Of a stretch of DNA of 64,000 nucleotides, positions 8,384-21,045 are shown in pieces. The stretch lies in NCBI GenBank assembly GCA_049890015.1, contig JBMHCH010000010.1:7566-71565 (forward strand), written 5' to 3'. This DNA comes from Candidatus Puniceispirillaceae bacterium (GTDB lineage: Bacteria; Pseudomonadota; Alphaproteobacteria; Puniceispirillales; Puniceispirillaceae). The notes beneath the pieces were generated by a model. The model was not told the DNA's origin, did no database searches, and saw only the letters and a list, made by a program, of their open reading frames with translations. The translations under genes were made by a program, and so were the position numbers. Every line of letters begins with the position of its first letter. The first letter of the stretch is position 1.

Positions 8384-10480
8384 ATGATGCATCCGAGACG
8401 TCCAACCGAGATCTTTGGCCTGTTTGCCGCCACCACGGTCCTGCCGGGGGTGGGGCCGAAGCTTGCCGGCATCATCGAAAAGCGCATCGGCGCGCATGTC
8501 ATCGACCTTCTTCGTCATCTGCCGGTCGGGCTGATCGACAGGCGGGCGCGCCCCGCATTGACCGATGTCGTCGACGGCAGCATCGCAACCTTCGAGGTTC
8601 TGGTGGTCAAGCATGACAAGCCGCCGCCCGGAAGCCGCCGTCCCTGGCGAGTGATCACCGAGAATGAGAGCGGCAGGCTGGAGATCATCTTCTTCCATGC
8701 CCGCGATGACTATGTCAGCAGGATGCTGCCTGCCGGCGAGCGGCGGATTGTCAGCGGCCGTGTCGAAATCCGTCAGGGCAAGCCGCAGATGGCGCATCCC
8801 GATCATGTTGTGCGCCCCGATGACAGCGCCGAAATGCCCGAGATCGAGCCTGTCTATCCGCTGACCGCCGGCCTGACGCCAAAAGCCCTGCGGCGCGCCA
8901 TAGACGGGGCGATGACGCGCCTTCCCGCGCTTCCCGAATGGATCCCGGCGGACATCAAGGCGGCCCGCGGCTGGCCGGATTTCAAAACAGCCATGGAAGC
9001 TGTCCATACACCGCAGGACACCGCCGATCTGCAACCGCTGTCGCCGGCGCGGTGCCGGCTCGCCTTTGACGAGCTGCTGGCCAACCAGCTGGCGCTGGCG
9101 CTGGTCAGGCACGCCGCGACGGACAGCATGCCGGGTCGCGCCTTCGCCGGCACCGCTGCGCTTACATCGGCGTTAATGAGCTCCCTTCCCTTCGCGCCGA
9201 CCGGAGCGCAAACACGGGCCATCGCCGAAATCCGGTCCGACCAGCAATCCGGTGACCGCATGCTTCGCATGCTTCAGGGCGATGTCGGATCTGGCAAGAC
9301 GCTGGTGGCGCTTGCGGCGATGCTCCATGCTGTTGAAAGCGGCGCACAGGCGGCCCTGCTTGCTCCCACCGAAGTTCTGGCCCGCCAGCATCACGCCAGC
9401 ATCAACAGCTTTCTGGCCCCGCTGGGGATTGAGGCGCATCTTCTTCTTGGACAGGGACGCGGCACCGCCCGAAAGCCAGTGCTCGACGCGCTTGCGGACG
9501 GCAGCGCGAAGATTGTGATCGGCACGCACGCGCTAATTTCGGAAAGCGTCACCTATCACGATCTTGGCCTCGCTGTTGTCGACGAGCAGCACCGTTTCGG
9601 CGTGCGCCAGCGTGTGCTCCTGGGGCAGAAGGGCGAGGGTGTCGACGTCATCGTGATGACCGCAACCCCGATCCCGCGATCGCTGGCGATGACGGCCTAT
9701 GGCGACCTCGACCATTCACGGCTGGATGAAAAGCCTGCGGGACGGCTGCCCATCGACACCCGCGCGCTGCCGCTCGACCGGCTCTCAGACGTAGTCGACA
9801 GGCTGCGTACCGCTCTCAGAGACGGCAAGCGGGCTTACTGGATCTGCCCGCTGGTCGAGGAATCCGAAAAGATCGACGTAGCCGCTGCCGAGGACCGGCA
9901 GGCGGCGCTGGCCCGCGCCCTCCCCGATGTCGAGGTGGCGCTGGCGCACGGCAAGATGAAGACCGCAGAGCGCGATCAGGCGATGCAACGCTTTCGCGAC
10001 GGCACAGCGCAACTTCTCGTGGCGACAACCGTTGTCGAGGTGGGGGTCGATGTTCCAGAGGCCAGTGTCATCATCATCGAGCATGCCGAGCGGTTCGGGC
10101 TTGCCCAGCTTCACCAGCTGCGGGGCCGGGTCGGGCGAAGCGACGCCGCGTCATCCTGCCTGCTTCTCTATCAGGGGCCATTGTCGGACACGGCGACATC
10201 ACGCCTGTCGGTGATGCGCGAGACAAATGACGGCTTCGTCATTGCCGAGCGCGATCTGGAGCTTCGCGGACCCGGCGAATTCCTTGGCCAGCGGCAGTCC
10301 GGTGTGCCGGAATTCATCCTGGCCGATCTCGCGGCGCATCAGGATCTGCTGCCGCTTGCGCGGCAGACGGCGCAAGCGCTGCTTGGACCTGACGATGCGC
10401 CTGTCGACCGCAAGCAGGCGGACCTGCTGCTGAGTCTCTTCGAACGCGACAGCGCCGTCAGGTTTCTCGCCTCGGGGTGA
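8384..10480 (+). CDS. recG: ATP-dependent DNA helicase RecG
   Basis: Wedge domain, QGDVGSGKT, DEQHRFG, MTATPIPRSL, QLRGRVGR, DLELRGPGE. Confidence 0.98.
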   Translation: MMHPRRPTEIFGLFAATTVLPGVGPKLAGIIEKRIGAHVIDLLRHLPVGLIDRRARPALTDVVDGSIATFEVLVVKHDKPPPGSRRPWRVITENESGRLEIIFFHARDDYVSRMLPAGERRIVSGRVEIRQGKPQMAHPDHVVRPDDSAEMPEIEPVYPLTAGLTPKALRRAIDGAMTRLPALPEWIPADIKAARGWPDFKTAMEAVHTPQDTADLQPLSPARCRLAFDELLANQLALALVRHAATDSMPGRAFAGTAALTSALMSSLPFAPTGAQTRAIAEIRSDQQSGDRMLRMLQGDVGSGKTLVALAAMLHAVESGAQAALLAPTEVLARQHHASINSFLAPLGIEAHLLLGQGRGTARKPVLDALADGSAKIVIGTHALISESVTYHDLGLAVVDEQHRFGVRQRVLLGQKGEGVDVIVMTATPIPRSLAMTAYGDLDHSRLDEKPAGRLPIDTRALPLDRLSDVVDRLRTALRDGKRAYWICPLVEESEKIDVAAAEDRQAALARALPDVEVALAHGKMKTAERDQAMQRFRDGTAQLLVATTVVEVGVDVPEASVIIIEHAERFGLAQLHQLRGRVGRSDAASSCLLLYQGPLSDTATSRLSVMRETNDGFVIAERDLELRGPGEFLGQRQSGVPEFILADLAAHQDLLPLARQTAQALLGPDDAPVDRKQADLLLSLFERDSAVRFLASG

Positions 10481-10484
10481 ACCG

Positions 10485-11297
10485 CTAGGATGTTTTGCGG
10501 GATGCCTTCTTCGCGGTGGCCGGCTTCTTGCCGACGGTCACCGCGGATCTTCCGACTCCCTTCTTGCCTGCCTTCTTTCCTGCCTTCTTTCCTGCCTTCT
10601 GGCCAGCTTTCCGCGAAGCTTTTCCGGCAGCGGCCTTGCCAGCGGCTTTCGCTGCACCCGTATCCGGCGGGGTGACAATACCGCCGGAGACGACAAGCTT
10701 CACCGCGTCCTCGACCGACATTTCCATGAAGATCACATCCTCTCGCGGGCAGAACAGCAGGAAACCGGATGTCGGGTTTGGCGTGGTCGGCACGAACACA
10801 TTCACCATGTCGATATCCACACGCCGCTTCACCTCGCCCTTTGTGCCTCCGGTGACAAAGCCGATCACCCAGAGGTCACGCCGCGGATATTCGACAAGGA
10901 CAACCTCGCGGAAGGCATCGGACTGCGTCGAGATCACCGTCTCGAGGATCTGCTTGCTGGCACCGTAGATGGTGCGCACGACAGGCATCCTGTTGAGGAT
11001 CGATTCACCGAGCCTGATGATCCAGCGGCCAAGGAAGCCCGCGGCAAGAGCGCCAATCAGGGTGATCAGCAACACGCCGATCACCAGGCCTACGCCGGGA
11101 ACATTGGCAAAGCGCAACTGGTCGAAGCCGGGAAGAATGCCGGCCACCTGGCCATCGATCAGCTGTATGGCCCACCAGGTAATGTAGACAGTCAGCAGCA
11201 CAGGCGCGGTGACAAGCAGTCCGGTCAGGAACCATGACCGCAACCTGCCGAAGACGCCCGGGCGCTTCGCCTGAGGGGGACTGTGATCTGTGGCCAT
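10485..11297 (-). CDS. DUF502 family membrane protein with Lys/Ala-rich C-terminal tail
   Basis: FLTGLLVTAP, R.PVVRTIY, VVLVEYPR, VFVPTTPNPTSGFL. Confidence 0.9.
   Translation of the reverse strand: MATDHSPPQAKRPGVFGRLRSWFLTGLLVTAPVLLTVYITWWAIQLIDGQVAGILPGFDQLRFANVPGVGLVIGVLLITLIGALAAGFLGRWIIRLGESILNRMPVVRTIYGASKQILETVISTQSDAFREVVLVEYPRRDLWVIGFVTGGTKGEVKRRVDIDMVNVFVPTTPNPTSGFLLFCPREDVIFMEMSVEDAVKLVVSGGIVTPPDTGAAKAAGKAAAGKASRKAGQKAGKKAGKKAGKKGVGRSAVTVGKKPATAKKASRKTS
10567..10602. repeat. 12-bp tandem repeat x3 (cctgccttcttt) encoding AGKK/AGQK
   Basis: Read directly at 10567, 10579 and 10591 (third copy cctgccttctgg). Confidence 0.9.
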
Positions 11298-11464
11298 GAA
11301 ACAATCCTCGCGAGGGCTAAGGTCCGACAGATAATGATGAGAAACACAGAATGGCGCAAGAGGCTGGTGACGCCTTGCTCGCGGCTTGCCGCAGATTCAC
11401 AAAGCCGTCACAATGCGATAGCGATCTTGCCTCTTACCCGCCCATCGACAAGGAATGCCCTGTC

Positions 11465-12310
11465 ATGTCCCAGCCGACACATCACTCGACAGCGCCAGGC
11501 ACCACTGACGACATGCGCCTGCAGCTTGACCGGATCATCGACATCATGCGCCGTCTTCGTGACCCTGAGACAGGGTGCCCCTGGGATGTTGAACAGGATT
11601 TCGCCAGCATTGCGCCATATACCATAGAGGAAGCCTATGAAGTGGCTGATGCTGTGCACCGCGGAGATATCGACGATATCCGTGACGAGCTTGGCGACCT
11701 TCTGCTCCAGGTTGTCTTCCAGTCGCGTATCGCCGAGGAAGCTGGCCTCTTCTCGCTTGCGGATGTGGCGCGAAGCATTTCCGACAAGATGGTGGAGCGG
11801 CACCCGCATGTCTTCGGCGACGACGCCAGGCCGCAGGTGGCCGAGCAGACCGGCCGGTGGGAGGCTATCAAGGCCGAGGAGCGGGCCCGCAAGGGCCACA
11901 CCGGTGTTCTTGATGATGTCGCTGCCGGCCTGCCCCCGATGCTGCGCGCCCTCAAGCTTCAGAAGCGCGCCGCGCGCGTCGGCTTTGACTGGCTGAATAT
12001 TGATGACATCATCGCCAAGCTTCACGAGGAAACCGCAGAGCTTCGCGAGGAAGTCCTGAGTGAGCCGCCAGACAAGGCGCGTATAGAGGACGAGGTCGGC
12101 GATGTCCTGTTCGTTGCGGTGAATCTGGCACGGCGCGCCGGAGTCGACCCGGAGACAGCGTTGATGTCCTGCAATTCAAAATTCGAGTCTCGCTTCAGGT
12201 TTATCGAGAAGCACGCTGAAAAAATTGGGAAATCTCTTGAAGATATGTCGCTGGATGAAATGGAATCCCTGTGGCAGGAGGCGAAATCAGACCGTCGTGC
12301 CCCCGGCTAA
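11465..12310 (+). CDS. mazG: Nucleoside triphosphate pyrophosphohydrolase MazG
   Basis: LRDPETGCPWD, EEAYEV, ELGDLLLQVVF, second domain EDEVGDVLF. Start uncertain (11465 or 11513). Confidence 0.95.
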   Translation: MSQPTHHSTAPGTTDDMRLQLDRIIDIMRRLRDPETGCPWDVEQDFASIAPYTIEEAYEVADAVHRGDIDDIRDELGDLLLQVVFQSRIAEEAGLFSLADVARSISDKMVERHPHVFGDDARPQVAEQTGRWEAIKAEERARKGHTGVLDDVAAGLPPMLRALKLQKRAARVGFDWLNIDDIIAKLHEETAELREEVLSEPPDKARIEDEVGDVLFVAVNLARRAGVDPETALMSCNSKFESRFRFIEKHAEKIGKSLEDMSLDEMESLWQEAKSDRRAPG

Positions 12311-13137
12311 TCCACTCCATCCATGAGATAGGCGCTGAACCGGTTCCAGCTTTGCCGGCAGGGTGTGATCAGCAGGCCGCTGGACAGGATCGCGTTATAG
12401 CGGGAACCGTCATTGATCATGCCGGCATGCGCTCCGGCCTCGCGGCAGAGAAGATCGACCGGCGCGTGGTCCCACGGCGTGCAGGTGGCGTGAAACAGAA
12501 AATCCTGCGATCCGCTGGCGATGGCTGTCCCGAGGATGCCGCCACTTCCCGGAAACCAGCGCCCCGGCATCGCGCGAAGCCTGTCACGCATCTGTGTCCT
12601 GGCGGGCTCCACCACATCCCTGATGCTCGCCCCGCCCCGCATCTCGTCAAGCGCAGGATTGCCCCTCTCCACCGCCAGCTTTCGCGGCGCCGCATCCGGC
12701 GCGGGATAGCAGACCGCCCCGTTTCCGGCCTCGGCGTAATACAGTTCCCCGGCAAGCGGCAGCCAGATCCAGCTTCGCACCGGAACGCCGGCCTGCAGCA
12801 GCGAGATCATGCTGCAGAAACGCTCATTGCCCTTCACGAAGTTACTTGTTCCGTCTATCGGATCGACTGTCCAGGCCGTCCGTTCGCCGACACGCTCGCG
12901 TATCGCAGGCGCTGTGGCACATGCCTCCTCACCAATCACCACCGCATCGACGATCCGCGCCAGACGCGGCGTCAGCCATTCTTCCGCCTCTCGGTCAGCC
13001 ACCGTCACGAGATCGGTTGCCGAACTTTTTGTCTCGATGTCGCCATCCCCGAGTTGCCCGAAACGCGGCAGAACGATCCTGTCGCCGGCCTCACGCAAAA
13101 GGGTGGCTACGCTGGCGGCAAGTTCATCCATCATCAC
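12307..13137 (-). CDS. Inositol monophosphatase family protein
   Basis: DLVTVADREAE, IGEE, WTVDPIDGTSNF, PWDHA. Confidence 0.9.
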   Translation of the reverse strand: MMMDELAASVATLLREAGDRIVLPRFGQLGDGDIETKSSATDLVTVADREAEEWLTPRLARIVDAVVIGEEACATAPAIRERVGERTAWTVDPIDGTSNFVKGNERFCSMISLLQAGVPVRSWIWLPLAGELYYAEAGNGAVCYPAPDAAPRKLAVERGNPALDEMRGGASIRDVVEPARTQMRDRLRAMPGRWFPGSGGILGTAIASGSQDFLFHATCTPWDHAPVDLLCREAGAHAGMINDGSRYNAILSSGLLITPCRQSWNRFSAYLMDGVD

Positions 13138-13157
13138 ATCATCAGGTTAAAGTGCTG

Positions 13158-13421
13158 TCAGGACTCGTCCGTTCCGTCCTCGTCCTCGTCTCCCAACTCC
13201 TGCAGCTGGATCGGAGACATCGGCATGATCGTCGAGATCGCATGTTTGTAGACCAGCTGCACATGCTGGTCGCGCTTCAGCAGAATGGAGAAATTGTCAA
13301 ACCAGGTGATGATCCCCTGGAGCTTCACCCCATTGACGAGAAAAACGGTCACTGACGCATGGGATTTGCGGACATTGTTGAGAAACAGTTCCTGAAGGTT
13401 TCGGCTCTTATCGTTGGCCAT
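13158..13421 (-). CDS. hfq: RNA chaperone Hfq
   Basis: [29 protein letters not shown], acidic tail [10 protein letters not shown]. Confidence 0.97.
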   Translation of the reverse strand: MANDKSRNLQELFLNNVRKSHASVTVFLVNGVKLQGIITWFDNFSILLKRDQHVQLVYKHAISTIMPMSPIQLQELGDEDEDGTDES

Positions 13422-13504
13422 TGCTCGTCCTCCTGGTTCCACCCTAGCCGCTCGCCGCACCGGATACAATGCCACAGGCGCGGGTCAGCGCTGGAAAAGC
13501 TCCA

Positions 13505-14884
13505 TCAGAAGAAATCAAGACGCACCGAAAGCAGCTTTTCCACCTGGGTGATCCGCCCGCGCGCGGCAAAAATGGCAACCGTGTCGCCAGCCTCGATCAC
13601 GGTGTCCCCCCGCGCGGGAATGACCCTGTCATCCCTCAGGATGCCCCCGATTGCCACGCCTTTAGGAACCTTTGCCTCGCGCAGCGACTTGCCGACAAGC
13701 TGCGACGACGGCAGGGCCTCGGCCTCGATCACCTCGCCAAGATCCTCGATCACCGCATGCACATCACGGATACGCCCACGCCGCACATGCTCGAGAATCG
13801 AAGACACGGTGATCTGCGACGGGCTGATCACCGCGTCGACGCCAAGCGCCGCGACCAGCGGAATGAATCCCGGGATATTCACCAACGCAACCGCATGTGC
13901 CGCGCCGTTTCGCTTGGCAAGCAGCGCCGAGAGAATGTTCACCTCGTCATCATCGGTTACCGACACAAAGGTTTCCGTGGTGTTGACACCGGCCTCTGCA
14001 AGAATGTTGCTGTCCAGGGCGTCGCCATTGAAAATACCGGTATCACGCAGGTTCTCCGCAAGGAAATGCGCGCGGGCCGCATCACGCTCGATGATCTGCA
14101 CCTTGGTATTCTGGAAATGGGACTCGATCTCGCTTGCCAGCATCTGGCCGATGGCACCGCCACCGGCGATCACCACCGAACGTGCCTCCGGCTCTTCATG
14201 CGCGAAGGCCGCCATGGCCCGGGGCAGATGCGCCGAATCACAGACAAAATAGACCCTGTCACCAGGCTTCATCATTTCAGCGCCGTCGCGCGGCAGGGTC
14301 AGCTTGCCATCGCGGATGATCGCAAGGATTGTCATCGACAGGTCGGGGAACAGGTTGGTCAGATGACGGATCGGCGTATCGATGATCGGGCTTTCCTCGG
14401 TACATTGCACGCCGACAAGATTCATCCTGCCGCCGCACATGTCCTTCACATCGAACGCGCCCGGCACGCGCAGCTGGTTGCTGACAGCGGCCGATACCTC
14501 GGCCTCGGGCGAAATGATGTGGTCGATGGGAAGCTGATCCGGCGAATAAAGGTCGCCATAAATCGGGTCGAGATACGGCTGATGCCTGATCCGCGCAATC
14601 TTCACCGGTGTGTTGAAAATGGTATGGGCCACCTGGCAGGCAACCATATTCACCTCATCGGACTCGGTAACAGCAATCAGAAGCTCGGCATCGCGCGCGC
14701 CCGCTTCCGAGAGAATGTCGGGATAGGAAGCTGTACCGACAACACCGCGGACATCGACCTGATCGGTGATCCGCTGGATCTTCTCTTCCGACGCATCGAT
14801 GACCGTTACATCATTCTGTTCCTCGGCAAGATGCGAGGCGATGCCGGCGCCGACAAGGCCGGCACCACAAATCACAATTTTCAT
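13505..14884 (-). CDS. trkA: Trk potassium uptake NAD-binding protein
   Basis: MKIVICGAGLVG, two RCK_N/RCK_C repeats, 459 aa. Confidence 0.96.
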   Translation of the reverse strand: MKIVICGAGLVGAGIASHLAEEQNDVTVIDASEEKIQRITDQVDVRGVVGTASYPDILSEAGARDAELLIAVTESDEVNMVACQVAHTIFNTPVKIARIRHQPYLDPIYGDLYSPDQLPIDHIISPEAEVSAAVSNQLRVPGAFDVKDMCGGRMNLVGVQCTEESPIIDTPIRHLTNLFPDLSMTILAIIRDGKLTLPRDGAEMMKPGDRVYFVCDSAHLPRAMAAFAHEEPEARSVVIAGGGAIGQMLASEIESHFQNTKVQIIERDAARAHFLAENLRDTGIFNGDALDSNILAEAGVNTTETFVSVTDDDEVNILSALLAKRNGAAHAVALVNIPGFIPLVAALGVDAVISPSQITVSSILEHVRRGRIRDVHAVIEDLGEVIEAEALPSSQLVGKSLREAKVPKGVAIGGILRDDRVIPARGDTVIEAGDTVAIFAARGRITQVEKLLSVRLDFF

Positions 14885-16296
14885 GTCGTCCCATCCCCGT
14901 CGGATGTGGGCGCTTGCTGATGGCTGACCCCGAGCGAACGGAGCTTGCGATGAAGTGCCGAGCGTTCCATTCCCACGAACTTGGCCATCTGCGAGACATT
15001 CCCGTCAAACCGCTGCAACTGTGCCGCCATGTAACTTGTCTCGAAGGCTTCCCTCGCGTCGCGAAGCGGCAATGCCAGCAGCGCATCAATATCAGAATTG
15101 CCGCCAGCAGGCGAGATGTTCTGGATTTCCGCGGGAAGCAGGTCGAGCCCAATAGGCCTGGAGCGGTCAGCCGGTGCCATGATCACCATGTTCTCGATGG
15201 TATTGAGCATCTGCCGGACATTGCCAGGCCAGTGATACCCTTGCATCGCAGCCAGAACCTCGTCACCAAGCTTGACCCGGGCAAGCCCGGTGCGCCGGAC
15301 CACCAGATCGACGAAATGGCGGGCAAGATGTGGAATGTCCTCGCGCCGGTCAGCCAAGGGCGGCATGGACAGCGGCACTACGCCGAGCCGGTAATACAGA
15401 TCCTCCCGAAGGCTGCCATTCCTGATCTCTTCCGCCAGATCGCGGCTTGACGCCGAAATCACGCGGACATCGACCGACACTTCCTTGTTGCCACCGATCC
15501 TCCGGAACCGCTGCTCGGCGACAGCGCGCACGATCTTGCCCTGCGTTTCAATCGGAAGATCGCAGATCTCGTCGAAATAGAGAGTTCCCTTGTGAGCCTG
15601 CTCGAACAGTCCGACTATACGACGGCTGGTGCTCAGATTCTCGGAGCCAAAGAGCTCGACATCGGCTCGATCAGGGTCGAGCCGCGCGCAATTCGCCACT
15701 ATGAATCTGGCATCGGCCCGGTCAGACAGATGATGGATCGAGCGGGCGGCCAGCTCCTTGCCGCTGCCGCTTGGCCCGCTGATCAATACTCGGCTGGCAG
15801 TGGGTGCAATCCGCTCGATGGCGCTTCGCACGCCCTTGACAGCTGGGGAAATACCGACAAGCGACGGCTCGGCTTCCTCGCTGACGCGGGCACGAAGGTC
15901 GGCATTCTCGCGCTCAAGACGGCTCACCTCAAGGGCGCGCTGCACCATCAGCAGCAGCCTGTCCTCCTTGAACGGCTTTTCAATGAAATCATAGGCACCA
16001 TGGCGAATGGCCTGCACGGCTGTCTCGATCGTCCCATGGCCCGAAATCATCAGAACCGGAAGCTCCGGGTAGACGCCTTTCACCCATTCCAGAAGTTCAA
16101 GGCCATCCATGTCGGAGTCGCGCATCCAGATATCAAGGATCGCAAGACCGGGTGGTTTCGCCGCCAGAACATCGCGTGCCTCCCCGGCCGAGGCAGCTTC
16201 CATCGTCGAATAGCCTTCGTCACGGAGCGTCGCGCCGATCAGCATGCGGATGTCCCGCTCGTCATCGACGATCAGAATGTCACCTGCTGTCTTCAT
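14881..16296 (-). CDS. ntrX: Sigma54-interaction-domain response regulator NtrX
   Basis: REC domain (ILIVDDE, LDIWM, ISGHG), AAA+ GPSGSGKE, HTH (GMERSALHRKL); follows ntrY. Confidence 0.93.
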   Translation of the reverse strand: MKTAGDILIVDDERDIRMLIGATLRDEGYSTMEAASAGEARDVLAAKPPGLAILDIWMRDSDMDGLELLEWVKGVYPELPVLMISGHGTIETAVQAIRHGAYDFIEKPFKEDRLLLMVQRALEVSRLERENADLRARVSEEAEPSLVGISPAVKGVRSAIERIAPTASRVLISGPSGSGKELAARSIHHLSDRADARFIVANCARLDPDRADVELFGSENLSTSRRIVGLFEQAHKGTLYFDEICDLPIETQGKIVRAVAEQRFRRIGGNKEVSVDVRVISASSRDLAEEIRNGSLREDLYYRLGVVPLSMPPLADRREDIPHLARHFVDLVVRRTGLARVKLGDEVLAAMQGYHWPGNVRQMLNTIENMVIMAPADRSRPIGLDLLPAEIQNISPAGGNSDIDALLALPLRDAREAFETSYMAAQLQRFDGNVSQMAKFVGMERSALHRKLRSLGVSHQQAPTSDGDGTT

Positions 16297-18478
16297 GCCG
16301 ACGGCTCCTGGGTCCCATGTTGCGGCAACCTGATCAACACACAGGCACCGCCCCCCTCCGCGTCAAACAGCTCGAGCTCGCCGCCATGGTCCTGCACGAT
16401 CTTGCTGACGATGGCCAGCCCGAGCCCTGTCCCTTTTTCACGGTTTGTGACGTAAGGCTCGAGAAGCTGTGCACGATCCATTTCGGGAAAGCCGGGGCCA
16501 TTGTCAGAAATGGACAGGCAGACAAAACCATCATTTACCAACATCTCCAACCGGATTTCCGGGTCTTTGCCGGACGTCTCGCCAAGGCTGTCGAGGGCAT
16601 TCTGGATAATGTTGGTCAGTGCCTGACGGAGCAGGCCGGCATCACCAAGCACCATGCCGCCGTCAGGGTCGGCATCAAGATCGGTGGTGAAGCTGACATT
16701 CTGAGCCTCATACAGCCCCACCTGGCCAAGTGCCAGATCGCGAAGTTCGAGCGGTCTCATCACCGGCTGCGGCATGCGGGCAAAGGAGGAAAACTCGTCA
16801 ACCATGCGGCCGATATCATCCACCTGCCGGCCAATGATCGACAGATATTCACTGAATTGGGTACTCGCCTGCTCGTCCTCAGGCTGATACTTGCGGCGCA
16901 AACGGTCCGCGGCAAGCTGGATCGGTGTCAGCGGATTCTTGATCTCATGCGCGATGCGGCGGGCCACATCGGACCAGGCAGCCTTGCGCTGCGCCGTCAG
17001 CAGATCTGTGACATCGTCAAAGGTGACAACATAGCCGATGACCCGCCCGTCAACCTTTTCCGAGGCAATGCGGGCGCGAAGAGTGAGGCGACGCCCGCCA
17101 CGGGTCAGAATGACCTGGTCTTCGGCGAACTTCCTTCGCCGCGACGTCCCCGCAGCGACCAGGCCCGCAAACTCCGGCACCACATCCTCGAGCCGCCGGC
17201 CGATCATGTCGGTGTCGGACAGGTCAAGAAGCTGGCGCGATGTGTTGTTGGGAAGCGTGATCTTGTGCTCGGAATCAAGCCCGATCACCCCGGACGACAC
17301 CCCGCCCAGTACCGCTTCGGTGAATTCTCGGCGCCGGTCAATCTGTTTATTGGCATGAACCAGTTGTTCGCGTGATCTATTCAGTTCGTCCAGCATATTA
17401 TTGAAAGAAATACCAAGTCTTGCAATTTCATCCACTTCCAGACCAGCCGGGACACGCTCTGACAGATTGCCGCCCCGCACCTGTTCGGCAACCGAGATGA
17501 CGGAACCGAGCGGCTCGACAATGGCATTCGCGAGATTGAGGCCGATCCACAGGGCGGTGATCAGAAGCAGCACGAGGATCAGACCGAAGACAAAGGCGAA
17601 GCTTACCTGAAGATCAAGCTGGCGGATGCCAAGCTGCTGATAGTCCGCCGCAGCAAGACGCGTATTGTCAACTGCGTCAAGGACCGAACGGTCTATGAAC
17701 CGGCCAACGAACAAATAGGCGTCGATAAAGCTGTTCAGCTTGACCGCCGCACGAAGCTTGTTGGTTTCGTCACCGCGAATGATCACCACTTCGCCATTGC
17801 GTGCCTGCTCGAGCCAGTCGTCGGCGATCCGTGTGAAGGTCACGGCAAAGGCAAAGCGGGACTTTGCCACCACCTGTCCGGTGCCATCCAGAATGATCGC
17901 CTCTGACAGATTGCGAAGCACCGCCTGGTTCGTCAGGTACTGGTTCAGCATGTTCGGCTCGTCAAGAAGCTTGAAGGCTTCCCTGTTCACATCATTGGCG
18001 ATGGTCAGGACATCGCTTCGGATCGAGCTCGAATGTTCCTCGAAATAGGCATCCGCCACCTGCACTGATCCGGTAACGGCGGTTGAAATACGATCGGCGA
18101 ACCAGCCCCGAAGCGAATAGTCCACGACAAACAGGGCGAAAGCCGTAGTTATGACAGCCGGCAATGCCGCCACGCCCCCGAACAGCAATGCCAGCCGCCA
18201 GTGAAGCTGGTATCCCGCCATCTTCTGGCGCCGTTCTGTCCATAGTCTGAGGATCTGACGGATGACAAAACCGCCAACAATGATGACCGCGAGAACGTCA
18301 ATGGCGATGAGGGTCGACAGCAGGCTGCTGTTAGACTGCGCCGGATCGAACTGGGCCAGCGTGTAGATCGTGTATATACCGATACCCAGCGCGGCCAGAA
18401 CCGCCAGATAGCCGATCCTGTTCTCCGAGAAGCGCAGCAGCAGCCCGGGACGCGCCGGCGTCATTTCCGCCCTGCCGG

Positions 18479-18494
<16 letters not shown>
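16293..18494 (-). CDS. ntrY: Sensor histidine kinase NtrY
   Basis: TM-periplasmic-HAMP-PAS-HisKA layout, AWSDVARRIAHEIKNPLTPIQL, GTGLGL. Confidence 0.94.
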
Positions 18495-19911
<1,417 letters not shown>

Positions 19912-19915
<4 letters not shown>

Positions 19916-21045
19916 GCGCCGCCTCCCTGCCCCGCAGTCGGGAAATTGATCCGGAAGACAGTGCGGCCGGGAACGGAGTCCACCTCTACCAGCCCGCCAT
20001 GATCCGCCACAACCGAGGCGACAAGGGCAAGTCCGAGGCCACTGCCCCCGCTCTTGCCCGACACAAACGGATCAAAGATATGGTCCCGCAGCTCTGGCGC
20101 GATGCCGGGACCATTATCAATCACCTCGACCTGGATCGGGACATGCAGACGCGCCGCACCGCCGCCATTCAGACGCCGACCCCGTGCATAGGAAGTAACG
20201 ATAGTTAATTCTGATTTTTTTTCAGTAGCTTCAAAAGCATTCTTCACAATATTTAGGAAGGCCTGAATGAGCAGATCGCGATGTCCCTCGACAGGAGGAA
20301 GCGAGGGGTCGTACCGACGCTTCACGGCAAGCCGGTCACCATAGCTTGCTGTCGAAATCCGCAGGCAATGGTCAAGGATTTCATGGATGTTGACAGGTGC
20401 AAGCGGTGCCTGCCCGCCGCCGGCAAAACCTTCCATCCTGTCAAGAAGGGCTGTCACGCGGTTGGTCTCCTCGACAATCATGCGCGCGAATTCCTGGTTT
20501 TCGGGTGACAGATCCGCCTGCAGCAGCTGCGCGGCCCCCTTGATTCCGGCCAGCGGGTTTTTCACCTCATGGGCAAGCAACGCGGCCATCGAGGAAATGG
20601 AACGCGCCGCACCATGGAACATCGATTGGCCGCGAAGCCGCTCGGCAAGCGCGCGTTCCTGCAGCGTCACCAGCATCCGCCCTTCGCGCGCGGCGCCATG
20701 CGCAGAATTGGGCTCATTCATATTTCGGTCGCCAAAGGGGGCGATCTGGACGTTGAGCAGGCGAAGACCGATCCGCGGGCTTGCGACCTCTATTCCCTGG
20801 TCAGCCACCGACGCCATCTGCGAACGGGACCTGGCCAGAAGGGCCAGAAGACTGGAATCTGACGGTATCTGGGAAGACAGCGGCGCGCCCCGCAGCATCG
20901 CCGCGCTCGAATCAAAGAACATCTCGGCGGCATGGTTCAGGAACAGGAACCTGTCGTCGCCATCAAGAAGAAACACCGGATTTGGCAGGCTGGCAAGGAT
21001 GTGAGCTGCCTCGTCACCCAGCTTCTGCGCCATAACCTCGTCCAT
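19912..21045 (-). CDS. ntrB: Nitrogen regulation histidine kinase NtrB
   Basis: PAS plus LAHEVKNPLAGIKGAAQLL, DPFVSGK, GSGLGL. Confidence 0.95.

Noticed and set aside
13158-13200. Acidic C-terminal tail of Hfq as a novelty
   Set aside because: Acidic tails are a known autoregulatory feature of many Hfq proteins.
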